Both the position numbers and the translations under genes were made by a program. From Syntrophaceae bacterium (GTDB taxonomy: Bacteria > Desulfobacterota > Syntrophia > Syntrophales > Smithellaceae): a stretch of DNA of 64,000 bases. Shown piece after piece: positions 60,402 to 64,000 of the stretch. Where the stretch lies: assembly GCA_025355345.1 (NCBI GenBank), contig JANXZU010000133.1, positions 4,075-68,074 of the forward strand, given 5' to 3'. The notes under the pieces were generated by a model, which was not told where the DNA came from, ran no database searches, and saw nothing but the letters and a program-made list of their open reading frames with translations. Position 1 is the first letter of the stretch, and every line of letters begins with the position of its first letter.

Positions 60402-62552
60402 TCAGTGAGAAATGTTTATATTGCCATCGAGTACCTGACGAATTTCCTGCGCCAACTTTTTTATGGGGATTGGTTTTAATATCATTTTGCAAATGCCGCA
60501 GCGGCGCAAATAATCCTGATCAATTCTATCGATTACTCCGGTTAATAGCATAACCGGGATATCCGCCCTGACCCTTATTAGTTTTGACGCCAGAATTGTT
60601 CCCATCATATGCGGCATGGTCATATCCGTAATTACCAGATCATAATGTGACGGATTTTGTTTAAAAGCGTCCAAGGCCACAATCGGATCGTTATGCACAT
60701 CGACGCTGTATCCCAGATCTTCCAACTGAATTTTAAATATAGCAGTTAACGCCGTTTCATCATCCACAAACATAATCCGTTCTTCACCACAGGCGACGGC
60801 CCGGCTGGATTCATCTATCTCTACCTTCGCCTGCGTAATCGTTGGAATATAGACACAAAAAACTGTCCCCTTACCGCGCTTACTTTCCACGGTAATGGCC
60901 CCTCCGTGGTTTCGAATTATGCCGTAGACCACAGCCAGGCCAAGCCCTGTGCCTTCACCAGGCTTTTTGGTCGTAAAGAAAGGATCAAATATCCGGTTGA
61001 TAGTTTCCTTATCGATGCCGTAACCTGTGTCCCGAACAGTCAGCAGCTCATATTCAACATCGATTTTTAAATCATGGTGAGGCAGGTGTTTGTCTGATTC
61101 GAAAACTATCTGGTGCAAAGAAACTTCCAGAATGCCGCCTTTTTCTTTCATCGCATGAGCGGCGTTAGTGCAAAGATTCATGACAATCTGATGAATCTGC
61201 GTCGGATCGGCAAGTATTGTCCGCTGCGAGCTTACAATATCCTGACGCATCTCTATTGTGGAAGGCAGAATGGCCTGCAGCAGCTTGAGCGCTTCTTTAA
61301 TAAGGTGATTCATCTCCAGCGGCTTACGCTTTTGTTCTTCTGACCGGCTGAAAGTTAAAATCTGGGAAATCAGATCACTGGCACGATGGATTCCCTTAAT
61401 TGCAACTTCTATGTAATGGCTGGCCTGGTGGTCCGCGGCAACATAACGTCTCTGAACCAACTCCATATATCCCAGAATACCACCGAGAATGTTATTGAAG
61501 TCGTGCGCTATTCCTCCTGCCAGAGTACCTATCGCTTCCATCTTTTGAGACTGCAGCAACTGGGATTCCAGGCGAAGCTTTTCCTCCTCCGACTTTTTAC
61601 GCCCGGTAATGTCCTGAACATGCGTGATGAAATACTGAAAATCACCTGCCGGATTATTCACAAAAGTGCTGGACACCTCTACCCACACAATATGCCCGTC
61701 TTTGTGCAGATATCTTTTTTCATAAGAGGCGCTTACTGTATTGCCCAGAAGAGCGTTTTTAACAAAAGTCTCGCCAATTACCCTGTCCTCGCCATGCGTA
61801 ATATCGCTAAATGATTTCTGCCGAAGCTCATCCTGAGTATAACCGAGCATTGTACACAGCGTATTATTGGCACTTCTAAATCTTCCGTCCGCGCCAATTA
61901 AACAAACCCCGACGGTGGCGTTTTCAAAAGATGTGCGGAACAATGCTTCGCTGTCCCGCAGTGACTCATTGGCACTGGTCAATTCCGCCGTGCGCAGCCG
62001 GACCATTTCCTCCAGATCCTCCGAATACTTTTTTAGCGCCTCTTCGGCCTGCTTACGTACTGTAATATCCTGAAGCAAGCCGCTCATTTTTGTTGCAGTT
62101 TTATTCTCGGCGCGGCTTTCCACCACAACGATAGCCACAACCCAGATCCAGCCTTTGTCTTTGTGGCACAGGCGGTATTCACATTGATACTGGTCAATAT
62201 CGCCACGATAAGCGGCATCACGTAACTCGGTCAATCTGGGCAGATCATCCTCGTGAATATATTGACGGTAATTTTCCCGCGAAACAATCTTGCCCGAAAC
62301 ACTGTCGATACCGATCATATCCGCTCCGCCTTCAGATACATTGAACGAATTTGTTTCGGCCGACCATGACCATATTTCAAACTGACCGCTTTCCAGAATA
62401 AGCTGGAGTCTCTTAGTACGCTCTTCCACAAGCTGCTCTAAGTGATCCTTATAGCCGGGCAGTTCTTCTTCCGCACTTTTTTGTCTGATCATATCCACAT
62501 CGACACCACAATATACAAAAAAATTCCCCTTGCCATCAACTACAGTCAGCAA
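60402..62552 (-). CDS. Hybrid sensor histidine kinase (PAS x2-3, HisKA, HATPase, receiver). The N-terminus begins inside a PAS-domain remnant.
   Basis: PAS-end motifs 'DITVRKQAEE' and 'DITGRKKSEE' are present, with H-box 'GGIAHDFNNIL', 'DTGYGI' and 'GTGLGLAVV'. The receiver has 'IMFVDDE' and 'ITDMTMP'. The start codon is uncertain (TTG 62552 or ATG 62492). Confidence 0.85.
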   Translation of the reverse strand: MLTVVDGKGNFFVYCGVDVDMIRQKSAEEELPGYKDHLEQLVEERTKRLQLILESGQFEIWSWSAETNSFNVSEGGADMIGIDSVSGKIVSRENYRQYIHEDDLPRLTELRDAAYRGDIDQYQCEYRLCHKDKGWIWVVAIVVVESRAENKTATKMSGLLQDITVRKQAEEALKKYSEDLEEMVRLRTAELTSANESLRDSEALFRTSFENATVGVCLIGADGRFRSANNTLCTMLGYTQDELRQKSFSDITHGEDRVIGETFVKNALLGNTVSASYEKRYLHKDGHIVWVEVSSTFVNNPAGDFQYFITHVQDITGRKKSEEEKLRLESQLLQSQKMEAIGTLAGGIAHDFNNILGGILGYMELVQRRYVAADHQASHYIEVAIKGIHRASDLISQILTFSRSEEQKRKPLEMNHLIKEALKLLQAILPSTIEMRQDIVSSQRTILADPTQIHQIVMNLCTNAAHAMKEKGGILEVSLHQIVFESDKHLPHHDLKIDVEYELLTVRDTGYGIDKETINRIFDPFFTTKKPGEGTGLGLAVVYGIIRNHGGAITVESKRGKGTVFCVYIPTITQAKVEIDESSRAVACGEERIMFVDDETALTAIFKIQLEDLGYSVDVHNDPIVALDAFKQNPSHYDLVITDMTMPHMMGTILASKLIRVRADIPVMLLTGVIDRIDQDYLRRCGICKMILKPIPIKKLAQEIRQVLDGNINISH

Positions 62553-62587
62553 TAGTCACAACGAAATTGACACAACTGGCAAGATTA

Positions 62588-62616
62588 ATATTAGATAGAT
62601 CTATCGGCCATGTCAA
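62588..62616 (-). promoter_or_regulatory. Near-consensus sigma-70 promoter for the 716-aa hybrid kinase
   Basis: The minus strand reads TTGACA (62616-62611), 17 nt, then TAATAT (62593-62588). Confidence 0.55.
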
Positions 62617-62674
62617 GCACAAAAGGACACCGGTTTTTCTACTGCTTACCTACGCAAATATATTTTGCTGCATA

Positions 62675-62690
62675 TGGCAAAGTGGATGCA
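62675..62690 (+). promoter_or_regulatory. Possible sigma-54 promoter upstream of the efflux adaptor gene
   Basis: TGGCAA-AGTGG-ATGCA has correct GG/GC spacing but imperfect flanks. It lies 70 nt upstream of ATG 62761. Confidence 0.3.
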
Positions 62691-62760
62691 TTTCTGTTAT
62701 AAAGATGACGTGCTTTGATATAATTGTAAATGGCAGAAATAAACCGAAAGAGAGTCCCCT

Positions 62761-63981
62761 ATGCCTGCTGAAGACCTGAACAAACTCAAGATTGAAAAAT
62801 CAAAAAAAATCGCAGGACCCGCCGCGCGCAAAAAGAAACCTTTTGTACTTGCCGCAATTGCCCTGCTGCTAATTTTATTCGTCATCCTTTACATGACAGG
62901 AATTATTGCTCCGGCAATAACCGTTGATGTAACAACCATCTCCCGAATTTATCCTTCTCAATCACTTTCCACACTTAACGCCAGCGGATATATTGTCGCC
63001 CAGCGCAAGGCTGCGGTGGCATCAAAAGTGACAGGCCGGCTTGTGGCATTGATGGTGGAGGAAGGAAGTAAAGTCAAAAGGAATCAAGTCATCGCCAGAA
63101 TGGAAAGCGCGGATGTAACTGCCGCAAGAGATCAGAGCGCGGCCAGTCTCAACACTGCGAAAGCAAGCCTCGAGCAGGCCAGGGCGGAAAGAGATAACGC
63201 CCTGCAGGAAAATGATCGCTATAAAAAACTGGTTGCCGATGGTTTTGTTTCCCAATCTGATTACGGCACAGTCAATACCCGCTACAAACGTGCCCTGGAA
63301 GGAGTGAATGCAGCCCAGGCTGCTGTTATGGGAGCAGAAGCCGCGCTGAAGGGCGCTAACGCCGGGCTTGATTATACCTTGATTCGGGCGCCCTTTGATG
63401 GCGTTGTTCTAACGAAAAATGCCGATATCGGTGACATCGTTACGCCTCTTGGTGCCGCCGCCACAGCGAAGGCTGCAGTAGTGACGATTGCCGATATGAA
63501 ATCACTGCAAGTGGAAGTAGATGTTTCTGAAACCAGCATTTCTTCCATCAGCGTAAAACAGCCATGTGATATCCAGCTCGACGCCTTATCCGATATGCGC
63601 TTCCGTGGCGAGGTTTACGCCATTGTGCCGACGGTTGACCGCGCCAAAGCCACAGTATTGGTCAAGGTACGATTTCTGGATAGAGATCCGCGCATGTTAC
63701 CGGATATGAGCGCCAAAGTTTCTTTTCTTTCCCGCAAACTCAAATCCGAAGAACTGAAATCACGCATAGCGGTAAACGGATCAGCATTAATTAGTAATAA
63801 TGACAAGTCTTATGTATTTTTGCTGCAGGGAAGTAACGTTAAAAAAATAATTGTCGGCCTGGGTGAAAAACTGGGCGATATGATGGAGATCAAAGCGGGA
63901 CTTAAACCAGGCGACCGCGTGGTTATCAAACCTCCCAATGGACTTGCGGACGGATCAAAAATTAAAATCGCGGAAAGATAA
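62761..63981 (+). CDS. Efflux transporter periplasmic adaptor (membrane-fusion protein, HlyD/MacA-like)
   Basis: It has an N-terminal TM anchor, a coiled-coil hairpin ('AKASLEQARAERDNALQE...', 'AAQAAVMGAEAALKGA'), 'IRAPFDGVV' and a beta-barrel C-terminus. Confidence 0.85.
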   Translation: MPAEDLNKLKIEKSKKIAGPAARKKKPFVLAAIALLLILFVILYMTGIIAPAITVDVTTISRIYPSQSLSTLNASGYIVAQRKAAVASKVTGRLVALMVEEGSKVKRNQVIARMESADVTAARDQSAASLNTAKASLEQARAERDNALQENDRYKKLVADGFVSQSDYGTVNTRYKRALEGVNAAQAAVMGAEAALKGANAGLDYTLIRAPFDGVVLTKNADIGDIVTPLGAAATAKAAVVTIADMKSLQVEVDVSETSISSISVKQPCDIQLDALSDMRFRGEVYAIVPTVDRAKATVLVKVRFLDRDPRMLPDMSAKVSFLSRKLKSEELKSRIAVNGSALISNNDKSYVFLLQGSNVKKIIVGLGEKLGDMMEIKAGLKPGDRVVIKPPNGLADGSKIKIAER

Positions 63982-64000
63982 ATTGCAACAATTTATGCCT

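Noticed and set aside
1-64000. A scan for CRISPR arrays, IS elements or transposases, integrases, phage genes, toxin-antitoxin pairs and rRNA genes.
   Set aside because: I saw no regularly spaced direct repeats and no recombinase, transposase or phage-like translations in the ORF track. The only repeat-like sequence is the single element at 3355-3524.

Overview
This window looks like core chromosome from an AT-rich, probably anaerobic bacterium. The sigma-54 promoters, PAS-rich hybrid kinases and r-protein sequences resemble Desulfobacterota, but the lineage cannot be fixed from sequence alone. Almost everything from 0.3 to 48.6 kb is on the minus strand.

(1) 0.8-8.6 kb holds a complete, compact Pho system. 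On the minus strand it reads small EF-Tu-domain-2-like gene, phoB, pstS, arsC, pstC, pstA, pstB, a GC-rich structured insert, phoU, phoR. Four phased Pho-box half-sites sit upstream of pstS.

(2) 8.7-37.8 kb holds the full ribosomal and transcription 'superoperon'. It runs from a tRNA Thr-Tyr-Gly-Thr cluster through rpmG, tRNA-Trp, secE, nusG, rplKAJL, rpoBC, rpsL, rpsG, tuf and the S10, spc and alpha operons to rplQ. fusA and adk are absent, and rpmG carries an apparent +1 frameshift in an A6 run.

(3) 38.0-42.2 kb holds a tight four-gene operon: DUF1178 zinc-ribbon protein, a 771-aa cysteine synthase::cysteinyl-tRNA synthetase fusion, a MEMO1-like protein and an AMMECR1 protein. I rank this as the most interesting candidate system.

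(4) 42.2-48.6 kb holds housekeeping genes: tRNA-Pro, an orphan pilC/gspF, rlmB, pyrF, rpoZ, gmk, yicC, a DUF4416-like gene and a heptose-7-P kinase.

(5) 48.9-64 kb is a more GC-rich, mixed-strand accessory-like region. It contains:
- an MBL hydrolase;
- two paralogous exported proteins behind a consensus sigma-54 promoter;
- three PAS histidine kinases, two of them hybrid;
- an OYE flavin reductase plus a peroxiredoxin;
- a YhdP/AsmA-like giant protein;
- an efflux adaptor protein.

I recognised no rRNA, CRISPR array, transposase, integrase or prophage genes. All calls rest on reading the ORF translations and the DNA by eye. No database search or folding program was run.
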